This document shows positions 18,183 to 27,079 of a DNA stretch of 39,287 nucleotides, in pieces (positions within the stretch are counted from its first letter, which is position 1; every line of letters begins with the position of its first letter). Location: the NCBI GenBank assembly GCA_046484135.1, contig JAWOBU010000131.1, forward strand, positions 1-39,287, given 5' to 3'. The stretch comes from a bacterium (GTDB taxonomy: Bacteria > RBG-13-61-14 > DATKZS01). The position numbers were made by a program, and so were the translations under genes. The notes under the pieces are model-generated. The model saw only the letters and a list, made by a program, of their open reading frames with translations, made no database searches and was not told the DNA's origin.

Positions 18183-18754
18183 TCATTAACGTTACATCAT
18201 TGCCGGCGGACCTGTTCCCTTTTGACCCGCTGGGAGTGCCGCTCTTTCAGGACATGAGACCGCCGCGCAAAGAGGCGGGCAGGGTCAACTTCCGGCTGGC
18301 CGGAATCATATCCGACTGGATCGAAGAGGGCGCCCTGGACCCCGCATCATCCAAGCCGGTCCTCTTCAGCCCCGGACAGAAAAACCCCTTTCCCATGCTC
18401 GTGTTCGCAGGGTGCGGAGAGTCCGGCGAGCTTTCCGCCCCCGCAACCGAAAAGATCGTCGCCGCCATGATCGAAGCCTTCCTGCGGGCCAAAACCCCTG
18501 CTTTCGGCATCGCCGCCCGCGACCTGAAAAGACCGCTGTCCCCGCCCCGCGACAGCGCCGAGGTCCTGCTTCGAGGCATAACCCACGGCGCCCACATGGC
18601 CGGCGTCTCCTCCGGCTCAGCCATCCGGCTTCACTGGGAAAGACAGGAAGCGGAGCTTCTCATACAAGAGCTCCGGCGCTTTCGAAAGCACATCGAAATC
18701 TCCCGCCAGTGGGAGATCGGGCCCGCGCCCGAAGATGAGGAATGGATTGCGTAA
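18179..18754 (+). CDS. Hypothetical protein, resembles stand-alone peptidase M17 N-terminal-domain proteins
   Basis: ATGA overlap with nusB. F.D.RP....G.V.FRL.G.IS pattern recalled from such proteins; not verified. Confidence 0.55.
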   Translation: MIINVTSLPADLFPFDPLGVPLFQDMRPPRKEAGRVNFRLAGIISDWIEEGALDPASSKPVLFSPGQKNPFPMLVFAGCGESGELSAPATEKIVAAMIEAFLRAKTPAFGIAARDLKRPLSPPRDSAEVLLRGITHGAHMAGVSSGSAIRLHWERQEAELLIQELRRFRKHIEISRQWEIGPAPEDEEWIA

Positions 18755-18805
18755 AGGCCGGTTAAAAAAACGAGCTTGATCCTCTGCCCAAATCTTTTCT
18801 TCGTG

Positions 18806-18829
18806 GTGGGAGCGAGCGGAAACTCGCGA
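18806..18829 (+). repeat. Solo GTGG-foot REP-like hairpin
   Basis: GTGG-GA-GCGAG-CGGAAA-CTCGC-GA between convergent genes. Confidence 0.55.
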
Positions 18830-18870
18830 TAGTAGAGGACTGCCTGCAAGGGTTTTCCCCTCTGCGGCTT

Positions 18871-19305
18871 TCACTCCTCCTCTTCCGCCTCGGTGCCGCA
18901 GTAGGGGCAGGCCTCGTAGTCGGAAGGATACTGGGAGCTGCAATTATGGCAGATGATGTAATCGCCCGCCTCCTCTAAGGGGTTGCTCTCCATGTAGGTT
19001 TCAATAAGCTCTCTTGCCAGCTTGGCGTTCTCTTCGGAAACGAAAACCTTGATCTCGCCCATCTCGGACGAGGTGCTGCCCAGCATGGTCGAGCCCATCT
19101 CATTGGACAAGGCTGAAAAAATGCCCTCGTTATATAAAAGCTCCTTGACCATCCCCGCTTCCGGGTAGGAGTGGGCATGGTAGACCTCGGCCATTTCGCC
19201 TTCGAAATGGTCCTCCGAAAGCGCCTCCACCAGCTCCACCCGGCAGTCCGGGCAAACCTCTACTCCCTCTTCGTACTCGTAACCACATGAAGGGCAATAA
19301 GGCAT
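18871..19305 (-). CDS. Zinc-ribbon / DUF2007-like (PII-like) domain protein
   Basis: MPYCPSC...CPDC, central A..VKELL..EGI...IKVFV, C-terminal CHNC...CPYCG. SD GGGAGGAA before ATG 19305. Confidence 0.75.
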   Translation of the reverse strand: MPYCPSCGYEYEEGVEVCPDCRVELVEALSEDHFEGEMAEVYHAHSYPEAGMVKELLYNEGIFSALSNEMGSTMLGSTSSEMGEIKVFVSEENAKLARELIETYMESNPLEEAGDYIICHNCSSQYPSDYEACPYCGTEAEEEE

Positions 19306-19454
19306 AACTCTTCCTCCCTGCGCTTGTAAGACTGATTTCCTGCACAAATCCTTATAAAAACATAACCCACCGGATACGACTTCGCAAGAGACAACTCCAA
19401 TAAAGCGCAAGAAAGATTTCCGAAAAACTTCCCCCTAATACAAACCCGCAAAGT

Positions 19455-19482
19455 TTGACTCCTCCCGCCCTGCTTTTATAAT
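19455..19482 (+). promoter_or_regulatory. Sigma70-type promoter for the AlkP-cysC unit
   Basis: TTGACT-N16-TATAAT, about 55 bp before the start codon. Confidence 0.6.
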
Positions 19483-19538
19483 AAAGGTATCCGGCAAGGC
19501 AAGGGCACCAAGAAACCGGCCGGTTGGAGAAGTAAGTG

Positions 19539-20927
19539 ATGAAAAAGCTCGTCATTCTGGGGCTTGATTGTGCCACGCCCCAGCTTGTTTTCGACAAATT
19601 TAAAGACAAGCTCCCCGCGCTCAAATCGCTCATGGATCAGGGTGTGTACGGCGATTTTACCTCCACCGTGCCGCCCATCACCGTTCCCGCCTGGACGGCC
19701 ATGATGACCGGCCAGGACCCCGGCATGCTCGGGTTCTACGGGTTCAGAAACCGCAAAAGCCACGATTACGAAGACCTCTACTTCGCCAACGCCAACTACG
19801 TAAAAGCGAAAACAGTCTGGAACTACATGTCCCGGAATCGCCAATCGTCTCTGGTGTTCGGCGTTCCCCAGACGTATCCTCCCAAGCCGCTTCGCGGGAT
19901 GCTGGTATCGAGCTTTTTGGCCCCCGGCAAGGACGTGCAGTACACTTGGCCGGACGAGGTCAAGGGAGAGTTGGACCGGGCCGCGGATGGAGATTACATG
20001 ATAGACGTGGACGACTTCCGCACCGACAACAAGGACTGGCTCTTGGAGCAGATTCATCTCATGACCAGAAGGCGCTGGAAGGCCTTCCGCCACTTTTATA
20101 AAAAGGAAGACTACGAGTTCGCCATGATAGTCGAGATGGGCGTGGACCGCATCCACCACGGGTTCTGGAGATACTTCGACGAAACACACCGGCTCTATGA
20201 ACCCGGCAACAAGTACGAGAACGCCATGCTCGAATATTACCGGGCAGTGGACGAGGAGATCGGCGAGACCCTCGAGCTTTTCGACAAGGACACCTGCGTG
20301 ATGGTGGTGAGCGACCACGGGGCCAAGCCCATGCAAGGCGCCATCTGTGTAAACGAATGGCTGCAAAGACAAGGTTACCTGACCCTTAAAGAACAGCCGT
20401 CGGAGCAGACCCGCTTTAAGATGGACATGGCGGACTTCTCCCGCACTCGGGCCTGGGGCGAAGGCGGGTACTACTGCCGCCTGTTCTTGAACGTGGAGGG
20501 ACGCGAGCCGGAAGGCCAGGTGCCGCAAAAAGACTACGAGTCCTTCCGCGACGAACTAAAGGAAAAGCTCGAGGCCATCACCGACGAGAACGGCAACAAC
20601 ATCGGCACCCGGGTCTTCAAGCCCGAAGAGGTCTACACGACGGTCAACAACATCGCGCCCGACCTGATCGTCTACTTCGGAGACCTCTACTGGCGCTCCG
20701 CCGGAAGCGTGGGAACCGGCACCGTGCACCTTTTCGAGAACGACACCGGCCCGGACGACGCCAACCACGCCCAGGAAGGCATCTTCATCTGCAACCGGCC
20801 GCCCGAGAGCTTCAACCAGGTAAAGGACACATTTTCTATATATGACATCGCTCCCACCGTGCTGGGCTTTTTCGGGATCAACGTGCCAAAGGACATGATC
20901 GGAGAGAATCTTTTAAAAGACGAGTAG
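19539..20927 (+). CDS. Alkaline-phosphatase-superfamily protein (type I phosphodiesterase/nucleotide pyrophosphatase-like), cytoplasmic
   Basis: [21 protein letters not shown] (Thr nucleophile), DRIHH, VSDHG, ANHAQEG, YDIAPT. No signal peptide. Confidence 0.88.
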   Translation: MKKLVILGLDCATPQLVFDKFKDKLPALKSLMDQGVYGDFTSTVPPITVPAWTAMMTGQDPGMLGFYGFRNRKSHDYEDLYFANANYVKAKTVWNYMSRNRQSSLVFGVPQTYPPKPLRGMLVSSFLAPGKDVQYTWPDEVKGELDRAADGDYMIDVDDFRTDNKDWLLEQIHLMTRRRWKAFRHFYKKEDYEFAMIVEMGVDRIHHGFWRYFDETHRLYEPGNKYENAMLEYYRAVDEEIGETLELFDKDTCVMVVSDHGAKPMQGAICVNEWLQRQGYLTLKEQPSEQTRFKMDMADFSRTRAWGEGGYYCRLFLNVEGREPEGQVPQKDYESFRDELKEKLEAITDENGNNIGTRVFKPEEVYTTVNNIAPDLIVYFGDLYWRSAGSVGTGTVHLFENDTGPDDANHAQEGIFICNRPPESFNQVKDTFSIYDIAPTVLGFFGINVPKDMIGENLLKDE

Positions 20928-21049
20928 CGCATAAACAACCCATCTTGGAAGGGTGTTGTTATAAAAGCTGCGAGCGGGGTCACGCGCGGTTTGCCTCGCT
21001 CGCGCTGGAAAAAGATGTTTTATATAAACTTTGGAAAGGAGCGGAGGTA

Positions 21050-21649
21050 ATGAAAGGATTCACTTTGTGGTTCACCGGACTCTCGGGCGCGGGCAAGTCC
21101 ACTCTGGCCCAGGAGATCGAGATGGAGCTGCTGGAGCGGGGCTTACGCGTCGAGGTGATGGATGGAGACGTGATCCGCGAGAATCTCAGCAAAGGGCTGG
21201 GCTACTCCAAGGAAGACAGGGACATCAACATCCGGAGGATAGGTTTTGTATGCAACCTCCTGACCAGGAACGACGTGGTGGCTATCGCCGCGGCCATCGC
21301 TCCTTACCAGGAGACAAGAAGAGAGGTCAGGGAAAAGATCGGCAGGTTTGCAATGGTACATTGCGACTGCCCCATAGAAGTCCTTAAAAAGAGAGACCCC
21401 AAGGGCCTTTACAAAAAAGCGCTGGCAGGAGAAATAAAGAACTTCACCGGGATAGACGACCCCTATGAGCCGCCGGAGAAACCGGAGATCGTCTGCCACA
21501 CCGACCAGGAGACGGTCGAGGAAAGCGTGGCCAAGATAATAAAGACACTCGAGATACTGGGCTACATCCCCGCCCTGGAATCGGCCGACTATGACGCCGA
21601 AGAAGAGGGCAAGATAAAACAGAGGCTCAAGGACCTGGGATACATCTAG
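21050..21649 (+). CDS. cysC: Adenylyl-sulfate (APS) kinase with C-terminal LGY tail extension
   Basis: [43 protein letters not shown] before ATG 21050. Confidence 0.95.
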   Translation: MKGFTLWFTGLSGAGKSTLAQEIEMELLERGLRVEVMDGDVIRENLSKGLGYSKEDRDINIRRIGFVCNLLTRNDVVAIAAAIAPYQETRREVREKIGRFAMVHCDCPIEVLKKRDPKGLYKKALAGEIKNFTGIDDPYEPPEKPEIVCHTDQETVEESVAKIIKTLEILGYIPALESADYDAEEEGKIKQRLKDLGYI

Positions 21650-21772
21650 CAGCCTCTCTCGGGTTCTTACAGCGGTTTTGAAAAGCAGTCTTATTTCGGG
21701 ACAAGAGTGGAGCAATCTATAAAAAGAAGTTAAACCGGCTTGAAAGCCGGCAGACAAGGAGATTTTATAAAG

Positions 21773-22525
21773 ATGTACGAAGGACCTTTTTTCAGCAGGT
21801 TTCCCCAGAACGAATGTTCTTTTACGGATGACCAGGGGGTGGAGAGGCGTTACCTTTTTCCGAGCTTTTATGAGAGTTCCCGCGGCATGAGCCTTTTGAT
21901 GCAGTGCTCGTGGAGCAAGGCCCGGTCCATACTGCCTTCCCGGAAGCTCTTTCCCGTGCCGGCGGGTATCGGCAAGGCGCTGGTGGTGGTGGCTGCGTTC
22001 GAGTACCTTCATCCCCAGGGAATGGACCCCTATAACGAAGTGCTATTTGCCGTTCCGGTGCTGCACCGTCTTGCCGGGACAGCTTTTCCCGTAGTCGGCC
22101 TTGCCGTTAATAAGCTTATCGTGGACAAGCAGGAAAACGTGCAGCGCGGAAAACACCTGTGGGGCATGGACAAGTCCATGGGGGAGTTCCGCTTCTTTGA
22201 CGTCGGCGACTACCGGGTTTGCGAGGTCTTCAGGAACGGCCGCCGGGCCATCAGGCTGGAGGTCCCGGCTAAAGGGAAATCCAGGCGGTTCGAACAATCG
22301 CGCTACCTAATAACATGTAAAGACGGTAACATCCTCAGGAGCCGCCAGGCCATGTCCGGCCGGAAAATGGAGCACCGGAAACAAGGCGGTCTCATACCGG
22401 GTGCAGACCCCTTTGCCGTGGAGATCGAGTCCTTGAACGTATCTCCCTTGCCGGCTGTCTCCGCCTTTTATCCGGTGGTGGACCAGACTTTAAGCCTTCC
22501 CCTGGAAAGCGACCCGGAAAGGTAG
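21773..22525 (+). CDS. Acetoacetate decarboxylase (ADC)-like family protein
   Basis: A...LP...L.P, FEY......PYNE, G...WG..K pattern. SD AAGGAG upstream. Confidence 0.7.
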   Translation: MYEGPFFSRFPQNECSFTDDQGVERRYLFPSFYESSRGMSLLMQCSWSKARSILPSRKLFPVPAGIGKALVVVAAFEYLHPQGMDPYNEVLFAVPVLHRLAGTAFPVVGLAVNKLIVDKQENVQRGKHLWGMDKSMGEFRFFDVGDYRVCEVFRNGRRAIRLEVPAKGKSRRFEQSRYLITCKDGNILRSRQAMSGRKMEHRKQGGLIPGADPFAVEIESLNVSPLPAVSAFYPVVDQTLSLPLESDPER

Positions 22526-22605
22526 CTATTTATGTCCGCCGGTTTGGCCCCCGGCCCAAAAGACCTCGGCAAGGGTAAAGGCAAGCATGGGCAATTTCCC
22601 TCTCA

Positions 22606-22634
22606 TTGACAATATGTGGGGATTTTTCTAGCAT
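22606..22634 (+). promoter_or_regulatory. Sigma70-type promoter
   Basis: TTGACA-N17-TAGCAT upstream of the HD-GYP gene. Confidence 0.6.
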
Positions 22635-22658
22635 AATACGAGGAAGAGGGAGAAAAGG

Positions 22659-24194
22659 GTGGAGTATATTTATAGTCAGGAAAGTCCCCGCATCCTGGTG
22701 GTGGACGATGAGAAGGTCATCCGCGATATACTCTCCGACTTTCTTTCCGACGAAGGGTTTTTGGTAACCACTACCGAGGACGGCAACCAGGCACTGGAAG
22801 AGCTTGAATCCCAGCCTTACGACCTCGTTATTACCGACCTCATGATGCCCGAGATCGGCGGCCTAGAGCTCATGGAGGAAATCCGAAAAAGAAACTACAA
22901 CATCATAACCATCATCATGACCGGCTTCGGCACGGTGGAGACAGCCATCTCCGCCATGAAGCACGGCGCTTACGATTACATGCTCAAGCCCTTCAAGGTG
23001 GACGAGATGCTCCAGGTGATAAACAGGGCCCTGGAGAAACGAAGGCTCGAGCAGGAGAACGTGAAGCTGAAAGAGGTCATGAGTCTTTACAACGTAAGCG
23101 AAGCCATGACCTCCAGCCTCAGCCTGGACCACATCCTGAGCATGATACTGGAAACCACCAAGAACGAGCTCGACGCTGACGCCACAAGTCTTATACTCGA
23201 AGAAGACGAGAACGCCGAGTACAACCTCCCTCCGGAGAAAAAACCCGGCGTTCGGCTCTACTCGGAACCGGCCGACGCCCCCGAGTATTTCGGGGAAATT
23301 GACTACAACACCCTGTTCAACTGGTTCTCCGAAAACCCCTTTCTCATCTCCAACACCCCCAAGCTGAAGCGTTTCTTCAAAAGCCCGCCGGAGCGTAAAG
23401 GCTTGAACTCGTTTCTTTCCGTTCCCCTCAAGGTCCGGGACCAGATACTGGGGGCGGTAAATGCCTACTCCTTCAAGAAGAGCTACCGCTTTACCGAGGG
23501 ACAGGCCAAGCTTCTTATCATCCTGGCCTCCCGGGCGGCCCAGGCCATCGAGAACGCCCGGCTTTTCGAGAACCTCCAGCTCACCTTCCGCCAGACCATC
23601 CAGGGGCTGGTGGGGACCCTGGAAGCAAAGGACAAGTACACCTCCGGACATTCCCGCCGGGTAACCGAGCTGGCGGTAAAGATAGCCCACCAGCTCGGGC
23701 TGGCGCCCCGCGAGGTCGAGAGGATCGAGTGGGCCGGACTGCTCCACGACATCGGGAAGATCGGCATCCGGCTGGAAGCTTTGAACAAGCCGGAGAAGAT
23801 CACCGAACAGGAGCACGAGATGTTCAAGGACCACACCGTGATGGGAAAACAAATCCTCGAGTCCATTCACTTCCTGCGGGAGATCGTGCCCTTGGTGTAC
23901 CATCACCACGAGTGGTACGACGGCTCCGGCTATCCCGAAGGAATAGCGGGAGAGGACATACCCCTGGGAGCCAGGATACTGGCGGTGGCGGATTCTTATG
24001 ATGCCATGACCTCTGACCGGCCCTACCGGAAGGCCATGTCGCGGGACGAGTCCATAAAGGAGCTGAAAAAGTTCGCCGGTTCCCAGTTCGATCCCCGGCT
24101 GGTGGACATTTTCATCCAGGTCCTGCAAAAGCCGGAAGAGGAACAGGGAAAGCCGCCGGAAAGCAAGTTGCCCATTACCGGCAGCGCTTCCTGA
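22659..24194 (+). CDS. Response regulator REC-GAF-HD-GYP (c-di-GMP phosphodiesterase)
   Basis: ILVVDDE, TDLMMP, KPF; GAF (FLSVPL, LASRAAQAIENARL); HS.RV, LHDIGK, HHEWYDGSGYP, DSYDAMTSDRPYR. Confidence 0.93.
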   Translation: MEYIYSQESPRILVVDDEKVIRDILSDFLSDEGFLVTTTEDGNQALEELESQPYDLVITDLMMPEIGGLELMEEIRKRNYNIITIIMTGFGTVETAISAMKHGAYDYMLKPFKVDEMLQVINRALEKRRLEQENVKLKEVMSLYNVSEAMTSSLSLDHILSMILETTKNELDADATSLILEEDENAEYNLPPEKKPGVRLYSEPADAPEYFGEIDYNTLFNWFSENPFLISNTPKLKRFFKSPPERKGLNSFLSVPLKVRDQILGAVNAYSFKKSYRFTEGQAKLLIILASRAAQAIENARLFENLQLTFRQTIQGLVGTLEAKDKYTSGHSRRVTELAVKIAHQLGLAPREVERIEWAGLLHDIGKIGIRLEALNKPEKITEQEHEMFKDHTVMGKQILESIHFLREIVPLVYHHHEWYDGSGYPEGIAGEDIPLGARILAVADSYDAMTSDRPYRKAMSRDESIKELKKFAGSQFDPRLVDIFIQVLQKPEEEQGKPPESKLPITGSAS

Positions 24195-24222
24195 ACTCCT
24201 GATGCCAGACCCGCTGTCCCGA

Positions 24223-24251
24223 TTGAACGCGAAAGTGCCTTCTGGTAACAT
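24223..24251 (+). promoter_or_regulatory. Sigma70-type promoter with extended -10, close to the MCP start
   Basis: TTGAAC-N17-TAACAT preceded by TGn; ATG only 9 nt downstream. Confidence 0.45.
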
Positions 24252-24260
24252 CAAAGCGCC

Positions 24261-26423
24261 ATGAGTGAGAAAACCACGCCCGCCTCTTTTAACAGGTCCG
24301 GGACCATCCTGAAGCTGTTTCTTTACGGCATCGGGTTTACCCTTTTGGGAGTCATCCTTTGCGCCCTGTTTCTCCAGTCGGCGCTCGGGCTGGCGGCAGA
24401 CCAGCTTGCCGAGCTCACCGTCTGTCTGATATGGATCGTGCCCCTCTTCCTTCTCTTGATGTGCCTTGCCCTGGTGCTTCTTTTTATTAAGCTTTACCGG
24501 CAGGGCCCGGCCATGGAAGCGGGAGACCTCGATCAAGAGACGGCCGCCTGGATATGGAAACAGCTCGTGCTCTTGTCCTCCCGCGCCACCTTGCTCTCCA
24601 TGGCCCTGTGGATCGCCGGAGTCGTGCTCGTCTCCATCTGGATGGTAAAGATGTCCGCCCTGTCCCTCCGGGAGGCCGTGCCCGCCGGCGTCGGCTGCAT
24701 CATGCTGGGAACTGCATCGTCAGTGGGCTTTTACTTTTTCTCCAGGAACGTCCTGAAACCGGTGCTCTTTTATATGGGAAACTTTCTGCCTCCCGACTTC
24801 GAACCGCCTCATATTACCGGCCTGGGAAAAAAGCAGTTTCTGGCCTTCGTGTTCATCGCAGTTTCCATCTCTTCGGGCCTGGTGGTACAAGCCTACTTCT
24901 CCATGCAGAGGGCCGAGCTTTCCGCGGCCCTGTCCATGGCCCGGCAACAAATCGGGCAAGGGGTGGAAAAGCCGGCCTCCTTCGGCGAGTACCACTTCCG
25001 GCCTTTTACCGTGGACTTTGAAGGCGGATTTCAAAAGCAGGGCTCTCTCCGGTCTGCATTGAAGGACTTTATCCGGAGCCATCCCCGCCTGCTGCGCCAC
25101 TCCCGCTGGATGGCCGGGGACACCTTGAGGTCGGAGCTCACCCGCTTTTTCTCCCGTTGGATAGAGCTGCCCGATTACGTTCCTTTAAGCCGGGCGTCTA
25201 TAGACAACCGGGACCGCGGCTGGATAATGCTCCAGCGCGAGCCGGACGCCGGCGGCCTTCATCCCGGTATGATCATCGAACGCCAAAGCCCCGGTCTCAT
25301 GGCCGGCCGGGACGCCTCTCTTTTTATTATGGCGCTTTTTTTTGTAACCCTTGTCATCATTACCGTGCTGTACTCGACCGGCCTCTCCAGGGACGTGGCA
25401 AGGCCGGTAAACGACCTTACCCGGAGCATAAGGGAGGCCGAGGAAAAAGGGGAGGTCTCGCCTGCACCGCTTACCACCGACGACGAGATCGGAGTTCTTA
25501 CCGCTTCCTTTAACCGGATGGGGCTGATCCTGGAAGGACAGATGCAGTCGGCCCGCCGGACGCTCCACTCCGTCCAGGCGGCCGTACATGACTTGAACCG
25601 GCTTATGCAGAACCTTGCTTCCATGTCCTCCGAACAGGCGGCCGACGCCACCGAGCACGCCACTTCCGTGCAGGAGGTCTCTTCCACCTCCGAAGAGATC
25701 GCGGCCACCCTGCGTACCATCGCCGAGAACGCCGGGGATGTGGAGGAGGTGGCGGGCAAGAGCCTGGCCGCCTGCCGCTCCGGCCAGGAACAGCTCCAGG
25801 AGGTCATCGCCGAACTGGACCAGGTCGGCTCCCGCTCCGCGGAACAAGGAGAGAGGATGCTGTCTCTCCAGGAACAGGCCAACCGCATTGAAGGCATCCT
25901 CGAGTTCATAGAGGAGATATCCGAAAAGACCAACCTTATCGCCCTGAACGCGGCCATCGAAGCGTCCGCGGCAGGCGAGGGCAAAGAGAGGTTCCCCCTG
26001 ATAGCAAAGGAGATGAGAAAGCTGGCGGAAAAAACCATGTCCGGAGCCAGGGAGATAAAAAGCGTGTTGGATGACTTGCAGGAGGCCACCGGCAAGGCCA
26101 TCATCTCCACTGAAGAAGGAGAGAAAAAGCTCGCTGCCGCCAGGAAGGCGGCAGATCAGGCCGACTACCATTTTCAAAGCATCATCCACTGGGCGGGCGA
26201 GACCTCGAGAGCCGTACAGGAGATATCCTCCTCCAGCAATCAGCAGACCTCGGCTACCGACCACCTGGCTTCCGCCCTGGCGGAGATCAAGGACGTGGCT
26301 TCAAGGTTCGCAGACGGAACCAGCCATCTGGACAGCTTCATGAAAGAGCTTAACCAGGTGGCCGGAAACCTGGAGAACCTGATCGAAAAACAAGACAGCA
26401 GGGAGAAGGACCATGACCAATAA
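24261..26423 (+). CDS. Methyl-accepting chemotaxis protein (multi-TM N-terminus, HAMP, MA domain)
   Basis: DEIGVL..SFNRM (HAMP), KTNLIALNAAIEA..AGE, EM..LAE.T, heptad repeats. Confidence 0.9.
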   Translation: MSEKTTPASFNRSGTILKLFLYGIGFTLLGVILCALFLQSALGLAADQLAELTVCLIWIVPLFLLLMCLALVLLFIKLYRQGPAMEAGDLDQETAAWIWKQLVLLSSRATLLSMALWIAGVVLVSIWMVKMSALSLREAVPAGVGCIMLGTASSVGFYFFSRNVLKPVLFYMGNFLPPDFEPPHITGLGKKQFLAFVFIAVSISSGLVVQAYFSMQRAELSAALSMARQQIGQGVEKPASFGEYHFRPFTVDFEGGFQKQGSLRSALKDFIRSHPRLLRHSRWMAGDTLRSELTRFFSRWIELPDYVPLSRASIDNRDRGWIMLQREPDAGGLHPGMIIERQSPGLMAGRDASLFIMALFFVTLVIITVLYSTGLSRDVARPVNDLTRSIREAEEKGEVSPAPLTTDDEIGVLTASFNRMGLILEGQMQSARRTLHSVQAAVHDLNRLMQNLASMSSEQAADATEHATSVQEVSSTSEEIAATLRTIAENAGDVEEVAGKSLAACRSGQEQLQEVIAELDQVGSRSAEQGERMLSLQEQANRIEGILEFIEEISEKTNLIALNAAIEASAAGEGKERFPLIAKEMRKLAEKTMSGAREIKSVLDDLQEATGKAIISTEEGEKKLAAARKAADQADYHFQSIIHWAGETSRAVQEISSSSNQQTSATDHLASALAEIKDVASRFADGTSHLDSFMKELNQVAGNLENLIEKQDSREKDHDQ

Positions 26424-26898
26424 CGAGCTGAGCAGAAAGGTACTGCAAATACTCGAGGACCAAGACGGAACCATCAGGTTCAACGAGCTCACGGAGAAGA
26501 CCGGCGTGGACGCGCGCGCCGTGTTCAAGAACCTCTTTTTCCTGGAAGAAAAAGGATACGTTAAGCTTTCCACCAGCTACCCCACCGACGCCGTGTATCC
26601 GCGCATCCACCTGGTGAAGCTGCGGGAGTCGGGAGAGAAGCTCCTCAATGACCCCGCCCTTCTCGACTCCGTGTTTCCGCTTACCGATCCCGCGGTGGAC
26701 ACCAGGCTGAACATCCCGCCCGAGCTCGGCAACAGCCGCTCCTTCACCTTCGCCATGGTCCTGGATGTCCTGGCCAACCGCGTCAAGGAGAACATGCCCG
26801 AGGACCGGCAGGAGGACATCCTGGAAAAGATCGAGGTCCTGCTCGGGCTGCCTTTTATAAACGAGTCCGTGCCGCTCGACAAGGAGAAGAAAAAATAA
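26413..26898 (+). CDS. Hypothetical protein with N-terminal winged-HTH-like domain
   Basis: Overlaps the MCP stop. KVLQIL...FNEL...V.KNLFFLEEKGYV...L.ESGE.LL pattern. Confidence 0.6.
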   Translation: MTNNELSRKVLQILEDQDGTIRFNELTEKTGVDARAVFKNLFFLEEKGYVKLSTSYPTDAVYPRIHLVKLRESGEKLLNDPALLDSVFPLTDPAVDTRLNIPPELGNSRSFTFAMVLDVLANRVKENMPEDRQEDILEKIEVLLGLPFINESVPLDKEKKK

Positions 26899-26933
26899 AA
26901 AGTCGCCCTTCTTGCAAAAAGGTTGAACGCATA

Positions 26934-26984
26934 GTGGGAGAGACCTCCCGGTCTCGATTATCGCGATCTGGAGCTTGCTTCTCA
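26934..26984. repeat. REP doublet (REPIN-like), GTGG-foot family, uninterrupted
   Basis: GTGG-GA-GAGACC-TCCC-GGTCTC-GA followed by the inverted, degenerate TCGCGATCTGGAGCTTGCTTCTCA; between convergent genes. Confidence 0.65.
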
Positions 26985-27079
26985 GCAGATGGAGCTGGAA
27001 TCTTGCGAACGCCTGCAGACGCTTCCAATATGCTCGCCTGAAAAATGACGGGTCGTCCGGGCGGGAGCGCCGGGAGCTT

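Noticed and set aside
20945..21049. Longer N-termini given by the ORF track (cysC from 20945; also 2585, 3652, 8884, 19410, 30227, 33123, 35940)
   Set aside because: Downstream ATGs coincide with the start of family homology and in most cases have clear SD sequences.
22863..24536. 557-aa minus-strand ORF
   Set aside because: Antisense shadow of the HD-GYP regulator.
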